Assembly (NCBI GenBank): GCA_029052995.1
Contig: JAIDHZ010000345.1
Location: 1 to 43,797, forward strand
Reading direction: 5' to 3'
DNA length: 43,797 nucleotides
Source of the DNA: Lachnospiraceae bacterium
GTDB lineage: Bacteria > Bacillota > Clostridia > Lachnospirales > Lachnospiraceae
The notes under the pieces were generated by a model. That model saw nothing but the letters and a program-made list of their open reading frames with translations, was not told the origin of the DNA and did not search any database. Below, piece by piece: positions 8,734-17,388 of this stretch. The stretch's first letter is position 1. Each line of letters begins with the position of its first letter. The position numbers and the translations under genes are program-made.

Positions 8734-10269
8734 CTACATTCCCGTTGGCATTGCCATAGGAGCAACGTACTCATCACCGGGCTTCATATCCTTAGTTACC
8801 GATGTAATTACTTTGTCCCCTTCCTCTATGCCTTCTTTAATCTCGTAATATTCATCTGAAAAAATGCCGATGGTAACATCCTTCCGTTCTATAAGATTTT
8901 CCTTATTTACCACATAGACATAATCTCCGTCTATATCCGTATTTAAAGCCTCATAGGGCACTACCAGCGTCTGTTTGGATTCCCCTGCAAAAATGTAAAC
9001 CTTCGCAGATACACCGATATAAACGTTATCATCCGGATCGTCTAATACAATTCTTCCTCTTATGCCGGTTGCACCGGAGTTTTCCGAACCAAGCTGTGCG
9101 CCTGCTGATGCCACTCGGCTCACAAAATCCACGGTCCCCTTATATTCATGACCGGAAATGACAATTCTGGCTTTCTGCCCCTGTGCAATGGAGCCCAAAT
9201 CGTCCTTTGAAATGCTAAACTCAACACCAATACTCTTCCCGTTAATCACCGTTAATAAAGTCTGTGTCTCATTAGCAAAGGCACCCTCCACAATTTCAAC
9301 GGACTCAACAATCCCGCCTGCCTCCGCAGTAATTCCGGCCTCTGCCGCATCATATGACTCCTGTGCCGCATTTATATTCATATCTGAAAGCTGGTTTGCA
9401 GCACTAATTTGTGCCTTTGTGCTCTCTGACACCGTCACATCTTCATTGGCAGCCACAATGGATTCCTGCTCTGCCAACTGCTGCTGCTTACTTGCAAGAC
9501 TTTCGTTTTTCTTTTGTAAATCTGATGTAAGTTTTTTATATGCTTTTTTCTCTTTATCGCTTAATCCTGCCGGGGTGTCTTTTTCCTGTAACTCGGCACT
9601 CTCCGTTTCCCCTTCTGTTTCCTTTTCTTCCCCTTCGTTATCTGCCGGCTTTTCAGGGGCTACAGCATTCATTTTTTCCTCATAGACCTCTATTTTATCC
9701 GTAATTTCTTCAATCTCTTTTTTTAGTTTCTTAATATCATCTTTTAAGCTCTTTATTTTTTTATTTGCTTCACTGACCTTACCTGCTGCTTTGTTTGCCT
9801 GCTCATAGCTTTCATTTCCAGCTGCCCTTTCGGACTGCGCCTGAATTTTGACTTTTGCAAGGTCGTCTCCCAAATCCGTGGCATCATAAGTAAGAAGCAC
9901 ATCTCCCTTTTGCACGGTCTGCCCTACTTCAACCCGAACCTGCTCCACTTTTGCACTGACCGGTGATGTATATGCCTTTTTATCTATACCAATAACATCA
10001 CCGGAAGATATTATCTCCTGTTCTATATCCTGACGCTTCACTTTGAAAATACCATCTTCACCCGCCGCAGCTATCTGGTTTTGCATTTCGTTAACACCTT
10101 TAGTAAAATTCATAATTGTTGTTCCGATGATATAAATCATCCCGACTGAAACAATAATTATTGATATAATCAGCGCAGGTTTTTTCTTCTTTTTCTTTAC
10201 CGTTTTTTCTAACATTTGATCATTCAGGGTATTTTCTGTTTCTAACGTCTCATTTTCCTTTTGGTTCAT
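8734..10269 (-). CDS. HlyD/MacA-type membrane-fusion (periplasmic adaptor) protein
   Basis: It has an N-terminal TM anchor after a KKKKKK run and a lipoyl-like motif VEVGQTVQKGDVLLTYD. A long coiled coil carries an acidic low-complexity insert (EKPADNEGEEKETEGETESAELQEKD). The C-terminus is beta-barrel-like. Confidence 0.8.
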   Translation of the reverse strand: MNQKENETLETENTLNDQMLEKTVKKKKKKPALIISIIIVSVGMIYIIGTTIMNFTKGVNEMQNQIAAAGEDGIFKVKRQDIEQEIISSGDVIGIDKKAYTSPVSAKVEQVRVEVGQTVQKGDVLLTYDATDLGDDLAKVKIQAQSERAAGNESYEQANKAAGKVSEANKKIKSLKDDIKKLKKEIEEITDKIEVYEEKMNAVAPEKPADNEGEEKETEGETESAELQEKDTPAGLSDKEKKAYKKLTSDLQKKNESLASKQQQLAEQESIVAANEDVTVSESTKAQISAANQLSDMNINAAQESYDAAEAGITAEAGGIVESVEIVEGAFANETQTLLTVINGKSIGVEFSISKDDLGSIAQGQKARIVISGHEYKGTVDFVSRVASAGAQLGSENSGATGIRGRIVLDDPDDNVYIGVSAKVYIFAGESKQTLVVPYEALNTDIDGDYVYVVNKENLIERKDVTIGIFSDEYYEIKEGIEEGDKVITSVTKDMKPGDEYVAPMAMPTGM

Positions 10270-10414
10270 TTCTTTTTTCTCCTTTTTATTTTGGGGTACA
10301 GTAAATCAGATAAATATTACCATAATTCATCCGGCGGCTGCCATTATGGTAAGATACCTGATAAATTTACTACATTGCAGGTTTAATGCCCGTATCTTGC
10401 TACAGAATTATTTA

Positions 10415-11158
10415 CTATGTTAACAGCACACCTGACACCTGTGAAAGGCTGCTGTTCTTTTCTTCTTCATCAGTTCTTTTCACTGTATCGGATTCTATTT
10501 TTCCATCCATAATCCTGACCACCCTCTTTGCATTTGCTGCAATTGTATCATCATGGGTAATCAGTACAATGGTATTGCCCTTGTCATTTAACCCGTCTAA
10601 AATCTGCATTATATCTTCTGTAGATTTTGAATCCAGATTACCTGTCGGTTCATCTGCCAAAATCAATGGCGGCGCTGCTGCGATAGCTCTTGCAATGGCG
10701 ACACGCTGCTGCTGTCCGCCAGACATCTCTGCAGGCTTATGCTTGATACGTTCTTTCAACCCCACTTTTTCTAATGCCTCTACAGCAAGCTTTCTCCTCT
10801 TTACCTTGTCCACATGCCGATAAATCAACGGGAGTTCCACATTTTCCAATGCAGTTAAATTCTGAATCAGATTAAAGCCCTGAAAAATAAATCCTATTTC
10901 ATTATTTCGGACATCAGAAAGCTCATTATCAGAAAGGCAGGAAACATCTCTTCCATTTAATATGTAAGTACCTTCCGTTGGAACATCCAGACACCCCAAC
11001 ATATTCATAAGAGTAGACTTTCCAGAACCGGAATGACCAATAATAGCCACAAATTCACCCTCTCGAACCGTAAGGCTTACACCGTCTAAGGCACGCACCT
11101 CGTTTTCTCCGGGGTTATAAATCTTGTATAAATCTTTTACCTTAATTAACTCATCCAT
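10415..11158 (-). CDS. ABC transporter ATP-binding protein (MacB/LolD-type)
   Basis: Walker [10 protein letters not shown], signature MSGGQQQR and Walker B LILADEPT are all present. Confidence 0.92.
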   Translation of the reverse strand: MDELIKVKDLYKIYNPGENEVRALDGVSLTVREGEFVAIIGHSGSGKSTLMNMLGCLDVPTEGTYILNGRDVSCLSDNELSDVRNNEIGFIFQGFNLIQNLTALENVELPLIYRHVDKVKRRKLAVEALEKVGLKERIKHKPAEMSGGQQQRVAIARAIAAAPPLILADEPTGNLDSKSTEDIMQILDGLNDKGNTIVLITHDDTIAANAKRVVRIMDGKIESDTVKRTDEEEKNSSLSQVSGVLLT

Positions 11159-11425
11159 ATATGGTTTTCACTCCTCCTCTTGGAATTGATATCTTTGGTG
11201 CTCCAATGACTTGCCAAGTATTACCAGACCGGATTCCCACCGTTTATATATTTGGCACCGAACCCGCGCACACCTCCCGTATCTACTTTATATTGTGGCA
11301 AAAGCCGAAAAGGTTCACAAATTTTCTATGAAATCATAATCTAGCAACATCTTTCTGTTTATTGTATCGTTGTAATAATACAACAATGCTTTTTTATATG
11401 CAAGGAAAAATTTCTTAAATTTTTC

Positions 11426-12328
11426 TTAACTATTCTCTAATATCCTTTTTTGCAAATCCGGGTCAAATACCCCCTTCCGTATCATCTCAATCTCATATCT
11501 GTATGGCGGGTAGGACTTCTTCGTATTTTCCGGATCCTTTACATAGGGCGTTTCCAAGATTTTCGGGACATCCATAAAATCTTTATGGTTAATGATATAA
11601 GACAGTGCATCAAAACCAATTTTCCCAAATCCGATATTTTCATGCCTGTCCTTTCCTACCCCCGGCTCATTTTTGCTGTCATTAATATGGAATACTGCTA
11701 TCTGTTCTTTTCCAATCACTCTGTCAAAACAGTGGATTACCTCGTCAAAATCATGAATAATATCATAGCCTGCATCGCTGACATGGCAGGTGTCAAAGCA
11801 GACACGCAGCTTGTCATTATAGACAACTCCATCATAAATCATAGCAAGCTCCTCAAAACTTCTTCCAATCTCACTGCCCTTACCTGCCATAGTTTCAAGC
11901 GCAATACATACCTCTGTATCCTTTGTCAGTACAGAATTAATCCCCTTTACAATCTGGGCAACACCCTTTTCCACGCCTTCTCCTACATGGGAGCCGGGGT
12001 GCAGCACCATTATTTTAGAACCCATTGCTTTTGTCCGCTCCAATTCCTTTTCCAAAAACTCCACCGCAATTTCAAAGGTTTCCGTCTTTACTGTATTGGC
12101 AAGATTTATGATATAAGGAGCATGTACCACAAATTCCTCAATTCCATTCTCCCTCATCAAATCCCATGCCTCCGATATGTGAAGTTCACTGATTTTCTTC
12201 CGCTTTGTATTCTGGGGTGCGCCGGTATAAAGCATAAAGGTATTAGCCTTATAGCTTAATGCCTCCTTTACGGAGCCTAACATCATTTCCTTTCCACTCA
12301 TTCCAACGTGACTTCCTATTTTTAACAT
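11426..12328 (-). CDS. nfo: Endonuclease IV (deoxyribonuclease IV, AP endonuclease family 2)
   Basis: Metal-ligand motifs [28 protein letters not shown] and HINDS are present. 300 aa. Confidence 0.9.
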   Translation of the reverse strand: MLKIGSHVGMSGKEMMLGSVKEALSYKANTFMLYTGAPQNTKRKKISELHISEAWDLMRENGIEEFVVHAPYIINLANTVKTETFEIAVEFLEKELERTKAMGSKIMVLHPGSHVGEGVEKGVAQIVKGINSVLTKDTEVCIALETMAGKGSEIGRSFEELAMIYDGVVYNDKLRVCFDTCHVSDAGYDIIHDFDEVIHCFDRVIGKEQIAVFHINDSKNEPGVGKDRHENIGFGKIGFDALSYIINHKDFMDVPKILETPYVKDPENTKKSYPPYRYEIEMIRKGVFDPDLQKRILENS

Positions 12329-12411
12329 AGCTGCCTCCTGTATTTTTTATTATTTATATGTCACCAATTTTCAAAGAAAATTGATGACCTGCTTGCGCAT
12401 CAGCGCAATTC

Positions 12412-12438
12412 ATTATATCATAAACTTTGCTTATTCAA
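12412..12438 (-). promoter_or_regulatory. Proximal promoter module upstream of nfo (extended -10)
   Basis: The minus strand reads TTGAAT (12438-12433), a 15-nt spacer, then TGATATAAT (12420-12412). It is one of three copies of a conserved roughly 46-nt module (see findings). Confidence 0.45.
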
Positions 12439-12444
12439 TAAAGC

Positions 12445-12480
12445 ACACAAATTCACCCTTGCAAGCAAGTGAATTTGTGT
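12445..12480. repeat. 12-bp perfect inverted repeat between the two nfo promoter modules
   Basis: ACACAAATTCAC (12445-12456) pairs with GTGAATTTGTGT (12469-12480). The 12-nt loop CCTTGCAAGCAA is itself palindromic (CTTGCAAG). Confidence 0.7.
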
Positions 12481-12482
12481 AC

Positions 12483-12509
12483 ATTATATCACAAGCATAG
12501 CTTGTTCAA
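12483..12509 (-). promoter_or_regulatory. Distal promoter module upstream of nfo (extended -10)
   Basis: The minus strand reads TTGAAC (12509-12504), a 15-nt spacer containing the palindrome ACAAGC-ATA-GCTTGT, then TGATATAAT. The 24 nt at 12481-12504 are identical to 32639-32662. Confidence 0.45.
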
Positions 12510-12546
12510 AAACAGGCGTGCAAATCTTTTCAGAGAATTGCACGCC
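12506..12546 (-). terminator. Rho-independent terminator of xth
   Basis: A 9-bp stem, GGCGTGCAA / TTGCACGCC (12515-12546), lies 6 nt after the stop codon. It is followed on the minus strand by TGTTTTTG. Confidence 0.7.
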
Positions 12547-12551
12547 ATCTA

Positions 12552-13307
12552 TTACTCTTCCATAAGAAGCTCCACCGGACAATGGTCAGAGCCCATTACA
12601 TCCGTCAATATACCTGCATCAGTAAGCTTATCTGTCAAACTCTCCGATACAAGAAAATAATCAATACGCCATCCGGCATTCTTCTCTCTCGCCTTAAAGC
12701 GGTAAGACCACCAGGAATACACACCCTCTTTATCCGGATAAAAATGACGGTAAGTATCCACAAATCCATTCTCTAACAGAACAGAAAATTTCTCCCTCTC
12801 CTCATCAGTAAATCCTGCATTTTTCCGATTGGTTTTCGGATTTTTCAGGTCAATCTCTTTATGTGCCACATTCATATCACCACAGACAATTACCGGCTTA
12901 CTCTCCTCTAATCCTTTTAAATACGCAAGAAATGCATCCTCCCATTCCATTCGGTAGGAAAGCCTTGCCAGCTCGTTTTGTGAATTTGGGGTGTAAACCG
13001 TAACCATATAGAAATTCTCAAATTCCAAAGTTATGACACGCCCCTCCTTATCATGCTCCTCTATTCCCATTCCCTTTGTCACGGAAACCGGTTCCTTTTT
13101 GGTAAAGACAGCGGTACCCGAATAGCCCTTTTTCTCCGCATAATTCCAATACTGATGATAGCCCGGCAAATCCAGCTCAAGCTGCCCCTCCTGCATTTTT
13201 GATTCCTGAATACAGAAAATATCTGCATCCGCCTCTTTAAAAAAATCCATAAATCCTTTGCCCACACAGGCACGTATTCCATTTACATTCCACGAAATTA
13301 ACTTCAT
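12552..13307 (-). CDS. xth: Exodeoxyribonuclease III (AP endonuclease family 1)
   Basis: Contains [24 protein letters not shown] and GSDHCPV. The ORF track start (13328) overlaps deoC. The ATG at 13307 lies 2 nt after the deoC stop, with GAGGAG upstream. Confidence 0.9.
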   Translation of the reverse strand: MKLISWNVNGIRACVGKGFMDFFKEADADIFCIQESKMQEGQLELDLPGYHQYWNYAEKKGYSGTAVFTKKEPVSVTKGMGIEEHDKEGRVITLEFENFYMVTVYTPNSQNELARLSYRMEWEDAFLAYLKGLEESKPVIVCGDMNVAHKEIDLKNPKTNRKNAGFTDEEREKFSVLLENGFVDTYRHFYPDKEGVYSWWSYRFKAREKNAGWRIDYFLVSESLTDKLTDAGILTDVMGSDHCPVELLMEE

Positions 13308-13308
13308 A

Positions 13309-14016
13309 TTATTTCTCCTCTGACACAATCTCTACTGTCGCAGAAGTCCCCAGTCTGTCTGCTCCTGCCTGAATCATTGCCCTTGCTGTTGTCAAGTCAC
13401 GAATCCCACCGGATGCCTTTACCCGCACACGCTTACAGGTTTTACCTGTTTCTCTTTCTATAGCCATAGTTTTTGCATCCACGGTTTTTCTCATTAACGC
13501 CACATCCTCCACTGTGGCACCACCGGTACTAAACCCGGTTGACGTTTTAACAAAATCTGCTCCCGCCTCACATGCCAGTTCACAGGCTTTAATTTTTTCT
13601 TCCTCTGTCAAAAGGCAGGCTTCTATAATGACCTTTAAAATTACTTCCCTGCCCATGGTATTATGGACACATACATCCTGTACTTCTTCAATATCCTTTT
13701 TTACGGTATCCCAGTCTCCTTCCTTTACCGCTCCCACATTTATTACCATATCAACCTCAGTGGCACCATCTTCAATGGCAGTCAGTGCCTCTAACTTTTT
13801 TGCCATGCTGCTCATAGCACCCAGTGGAAATCCCACAACTGTACAAACCTCCACATCCGAATCTGCCAGCAGGCACGACACCTGTTTCGTCCTGACACTG
13901 TTGACACAAACAGAGGCAAAATGATACTGCATTGCCTCCATGCAAATCCGTTCCACATCCCCTTCAGTTGCATCTGCTTTTAATATGGTATGGTCAAAAT
14001 ATTTATTAAACTCCAT
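13309..14016 (-). CDS. deoC: Deoxyribose-phosphate aldolase
   Basis: Contains [20 protein letters not shown] (Schiff-base Lys) and KASGGIRD. Confidence 0.9.
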   Translation of the reverse strand: MEFNKYFDHTILKADATEGDVERICMEAMQYHFASVCVNSVRTKQVSCLLADSDVEVCTVVGFPLGAMSSMAKKLEALTAIEDGATEVDMVINVGAVKEGDWDTVKKDIEEVQDVCVHNTMGREVILKVIIEACLLTEEEKIKACELACEAGADFVKTSTGFSTGGATVEDVALMRKTVDAKTMAIERETGKTCKRVRVKASGGIRDLTTARAMIQAGADRLGTSATVEIVSEEK

Positions 14017-14145
14017 GTCTTAATTCTCCCTTTTATTCTTAATAAGAGCAAGTATAACCCTCGCAGCATTCGCCAAATGATGCTTCAAAGCGTTCGGCTC
14101 ATTGCTCGCAGAAATTAATTGCATGCTTAAACTGTTTATTTTATA

Positions 14146-14823
14146 TTATGTGAGTCCAAGAGCTTCTTTTGCCAGTTTGTCAGCCATCTCATTATAAGTA
14201 TCCCCGGTATGGGCTGCCACCTTGCAAAATCTAATCTCAATCTCCTGCCGCTTTGCTTCCACAAACTTCTGATACTCTTTTGTTCCTGCCTTGTTCGCTT
14301 TCCAAATTCCCTCTGCCCATTTTTCTATACCCTCGTAATCATAATAAATCGTAATTTTCTCATAGCCGTGCTCCACTGCCCAGGAAATTGCCTGCTCACT
14401 GCCTAATATCTCTCCAGCGACATTTCGCATACTAACATAATCCTGCCTGTTATCACTTCCATTTAGTGTAACCACTTCCTGCTCAAATACCAGTACACAT
14501 CCATAAGCATATCTTCTCTGGCTATGGTCATAGCTTCCGTCAACATATGCAATTAAATGCCTCCCCGTACTGACAGCCTGATTTTGATTTCCTTCCTCTG
14601 AAACCTTTGGATAATTCCCTTTTTCATACCCTGCCTTGTCATTGTCCGGATGATTTCCTACATCCGTACTATGGCTTGCAAGAAACTCCTCTGCCTCTGC
14701 AATTGCATTAAACCCCTTATAAACTGCTCCCGGGAAATGTTCCACCTGTGCCCTGCAATCCTCCCATGTCAGGTAAATCCCGGGCATTTTTCCTTTAACT
14801 ACCACATAATATTTCTTCGCCAT
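14146..14823 (-). CDS. Ribonuclease HI with N-terminal hybrid-binding (viroplasmin-like) domain
   Basis: The N-terminus KKYYVVVKGKMPGIYLTWEDCRAQVEHFPGAVYKGF is RNase H1 N-terminal-domain-like. The C-terminal RNase H core has IAYVDGSY, GEILGSEQA, IYYDYEG and NEMADKLAK acidic residues. Confidence 0.8.
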   Translation of the reverse strand: MAKKYYVVVKGKMPGIYLTWEDCRAQVEHFPGAVYKGFNAIAEAEEFLASHSTDVGNHPDNDKAGYEKGNYPKVSEEGNQNQAVSTGRHLIAYVDGSYDHSQRRYAYGCVLVFEQEVVTLNGSDNRQDYVSMRNVAGEILGSEQAISWAVEHGYEKITIYYDYEGIEKWAEGIWKANKAGTKEYQKFVEAKRQEIEIRFCKVAAHTGDTYNEMADKLAKEALGLT

Positions 14824-14885
14824 ATATCTCTCCTATACAGTACAATTTTAAACTCCTTGTTTTTGTGTCAAACTGACGCTAACTT

Positions 14886-15227
14886 TCAGTGCTTTGCCCT
14901 GACTGCCTCCCACTCGTGAAACCTTTGTTCATACTGTTCATTTAACCATTCTATCATGGCAGTTTTACCTTCCTCGTCAAATGGGAACTCTGCCCTTGTC
15001 TTTTGTTCTTCCGGAGTCTTTTCAAAACAAAAGGGTTCAGGCCAGATAATAATTTCAAATACTGCCTCACCCTTTTGATCTGCTGGTTTCAATGCCACAT
15101 CCTCCATGGGATTTCTCGCAATCCGAAACCGCATCCCCAAATGGCTGCCCAGATAGGGCTGCGCATGCTCATACCACGAAATGCCGTAGGAATCCTTATT
15201 CTCTATCCTCACAATCTTTCTCTCCAT
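14886..15227 (-). CDS. Hypothetical 113-aa cytoplasmic protein
   Basis: An ORF with GAAAGGGA upstream. I recognise no motif in it. Confidence 0.5.
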   Translation of the reverse strand: MERKIVRIENKDSYGISWYEHAQPYLGSHLGMRFRIARNPMEDVALKPADQKGEAVFEIIIWPEPFCFEKTPEEQKTRAEFPFDEEGKTAMIEWLNEQYEQRFHEWEAVRAKH

Positions 15228-15356
15228 ATCCAGTCCCTTTCCAATCTTTTAAGCCCCGCTTTTGTTACTCTTTATACCCTGACTATCCTGTAAACAGTTA
15301 CATATCTGTACTTTATTGCACCCATGCAGGAAGCTCTATAACCACAGTTAAGCTCA

Positions 15357-16535
15357 TCACTCTAAATTAATATGATAAAGTTCCAGCTCCTGCTTCACCC
15401 GGGGACCCAGTTCCGGATTTAATTTAAGAATTTCCCCTATATCCTTTAAACCATTCATCCTTAATTGTTGATTATACGTAATCTGTTCTCTCAGTTTTTG
15501 CCTGCGCACATTCAGTGAATGCTTCACCTCCACCATTTCACGATTATCCATTAACGCCAGAGATTGTTTAGCCCAAATATCCGGATCCTTTACCCCATAG
15601 GAAAATAACAGCTTTGAAAGTGCAGCCTCACTTTCCCTCAGATCACCTGCCCTGCGCTGATACTTACGCACCTCATCAACCATAATCAAATACTGGTCAT
15701 AGAGATACTCCAATTCCCGCAAACTCTTTATATTATATTTCCCATATAAATATTCGAGTGTTGATGTATTGTTAATATATTTTATTTTAACCTTATTCAT
15801 CAGATTAATAGCCCGGTTTTCTTTGGTCTCGCTTAGCTTATACTCATAGGAAAGCCTTTTATAGGACACAATTACCAGTGCGGCAAATGCCACAACAACC
15901 AATAAAATTAAAAGAATTGGGAAAATCAGATTATATCCTGATAACATACTGGCAATCGCAAGAGTCACTACAGCAAGTACAGCCACCACACCAAATCCAA
16001 TCACAAAGGTTCTAAGCCTTGCCTGTCTGCCTTCAATAGAATTCTGCATGTATTCTAACGAATTTTTCTCTGCCTCAAGATGCTTCATGTCCCGTTTAAT
16101 CTTTAGGTCCATATCCTCTAACTCTTTAAGGCGCCCCATAATCTGTGACAAATCCTTTTCCATGCCCTGAATCATCCGGAAATTCTCATCACTGATTCTA
16201 TCATCTGAATGCAAAAATGTGGACGTCTCATTCTCTAAAAGAGCGATTTTTTTAGCAATTTCCGCAATCTCCCTTCGGGCATCTGCCGGCAATTCCTCAA
16301 TCGTCTGAATATCCGTAAAATAAGAGGTGACCATATCATACTCCACCTTTAAATCCTCCATCTGATAAGTGGCGTCCACAATCTGATCACACTTAAAAAC
16401 AACATCATCTTCAGACCGCCCTTCCTCTTCCTTCTCCCGACCCGTCAAAAAATTATCTATGCTCTCATATTCAAATGTCTCCTCGGTAATCTCTGCTTTT
16501 GTAAAAATATCCTTTACCACATTCAACAATCCCAT
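15357..16535 (-). CDS. Coiled-coil membrane protein (acidic N-terminal coiled coil, TM hairpin, helical C-terminal domain); unknown function
   Basis: AAGGAG RBS. Two adjacent hydrophobic helices (FVIGFGVVAVLAVVTLAIASML and LIFPILLILLVVVAFAALVIV) sit mid-protein. It is the last gene of the four-gene operon. Confidence 0.7.
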   Translation of the reverse strand: MGLLNVVKDIFTKAEITEETFEYESIDNFLTGREKEEEGRSEDDVVFKCDQIVDATYQMEDLKVEYDMVTSYFTDIQTIEELPADARREIAEIAKKIALLENETSTFLHSDDRISDENFRMIQGMEKDLSQIMGRLKELEDMDLKIKRDMKHLEAEKNSLEYMQNSIEGRQARLRTFVIGFGVVAVLAVVTLAIASMLSGYNLIFPILLILLVVVAFAALVIVSYKRLSYEYKLSETKENRAINLMNKVKIKYINNTSTLEYLYGKYNIKSLRELEYLYDQYLIMVDEVRKYQRRAGDLRESEAALSKLLFSYGVKDPDIWAKQSLALMDNREMVEVKHSLNVRRQKLREQITYNQQLRMNGLKDIGEILKLNPELGPRVKQELELYHINLE

Positions 16536-16554
16536 ATTGCTGCTCCTTCTTTAT

Positions 16555-17388
16555 CTACACTGTCTGCTCTCTGAATTCTGCCTTTAACTGTTCAAGCACA
16601 TTGTCAATCCTCTTATTAAAATCAGTCAGATTATTTTTCTGGTAATGGAAAATCGCCTTCTCCATTCTGTGATAAGCCGGCGACCCCAGCACATCTGACT
16701 CAGCATCTTCAATCGCAGTATACAACTGGTCAAACATTTCTGTCACACCATAAAATTTTGCCAGAACCTCCACGTCCTCTCGGGGTTTCAGCATTGCCAT
16801 TAACAGCAGATATTCATAAATGGAGCGTTTATCACCAGTCAGCTCATAAGCTTTCAAATAAGAATTAAGTGCCTGGTCAATTTCAAAATTATGCGCCAGT
16901 GCTACTGCCCTGTTATGATAAATGGAAGCAAGCAATTTTTCATTATTTAAATCCGGATTCTGGTCTAAAATTTCTTCATAAATAGAAGCCGCCTTTAAAT
17001 ACTTCCGATATCTTAAAAATCCATCCGCCTGCATCTTACGAAACTGCGGTGCACTCAATACTTTCATCCGTTCCATCCGTAATATAAATTCCCTAATCTC
17101 GGGAATCGTATAGTACTCCTTAAAAGTAAGTATTGCTGCCAAAAGATCCGTTAAATCATTAGGCTCCTTCTGCTTTTTCTCCTGCAATAGCTTTGCAAGC
17201 TCCGGAAGACCAAGTTCCATCTCAATCCATTGAAATAATTTTGTTGAAATGTATTCCTCTGAGATAAGTGCAATATTGTTATAAATATAATAACAAAGCT
17301 CCTCATAAGAAAATACCTCAATCTTTGTATTTGGAAAAATATATGAAATTGTTGCAGGTTCAGTCTCACATAGTATTACGCGTCCCAT
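16555..17388 (-). CDS. TPR-like repeat protein; unknown function
   Basis: The ATG overlaps the last 13 nt of the upstream gene, with AAGGAG 5 nt upstream. TPR-like helices include AASIYEEILDQNPDLNNEKLLASIYHNRAVALAHNFEIDQALNSYLKAYELTGD. Confidence 0.7.
   Translation of the reverse strand: MGRVILCETEPATISYIFPNTKIEVFSYEELCYYIYNNIALISEEYISTKLFQWIEMELGLPELAKLLQEKKQKEPNDLTDLLAAILTFKEYYTIPEIREFILRMERMKVLSAPQFRKMQADGFLRYRKYLKAASIYEEILDQNPDLNNEKLLASIYHNRAVALAHNFEIDQALNSYLKAYELTGDKRSIYEYLLLMAMLKPREDVEVLAKFYGVTEMFDQLYTAIEDAESDVLGSPAYHRMEKAIFHYQKNNLTDFNKRIDNVLEQLKAEFREQTV

Noticed and set aside
11200-11260. GGTGGGAATCCGG in the ABC operon leader resembles the core of a cobalamin riboswitch.
   Set aside because: No B12 box (GCCACTG-type) or the other conserved cobalamin-riboswitch elements are present nearby, and the downstream genes are not cobalamin-related.
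11450-12259. A 269-aa plus-strand ORF, and similar long antisense ORFs at 9158-9685, 10386-10823, 13514-13924, 19802-20266, 27807-28211, 32989-33327 and 42409-42912.
   Set aside because: They lie entirely opposite well-supported genes (nfo, adaptor, ATPase, deoC and others). They have low-complexity or Ser/Phe/Leu-rich translations and no RBS. They are shadow ORFs.
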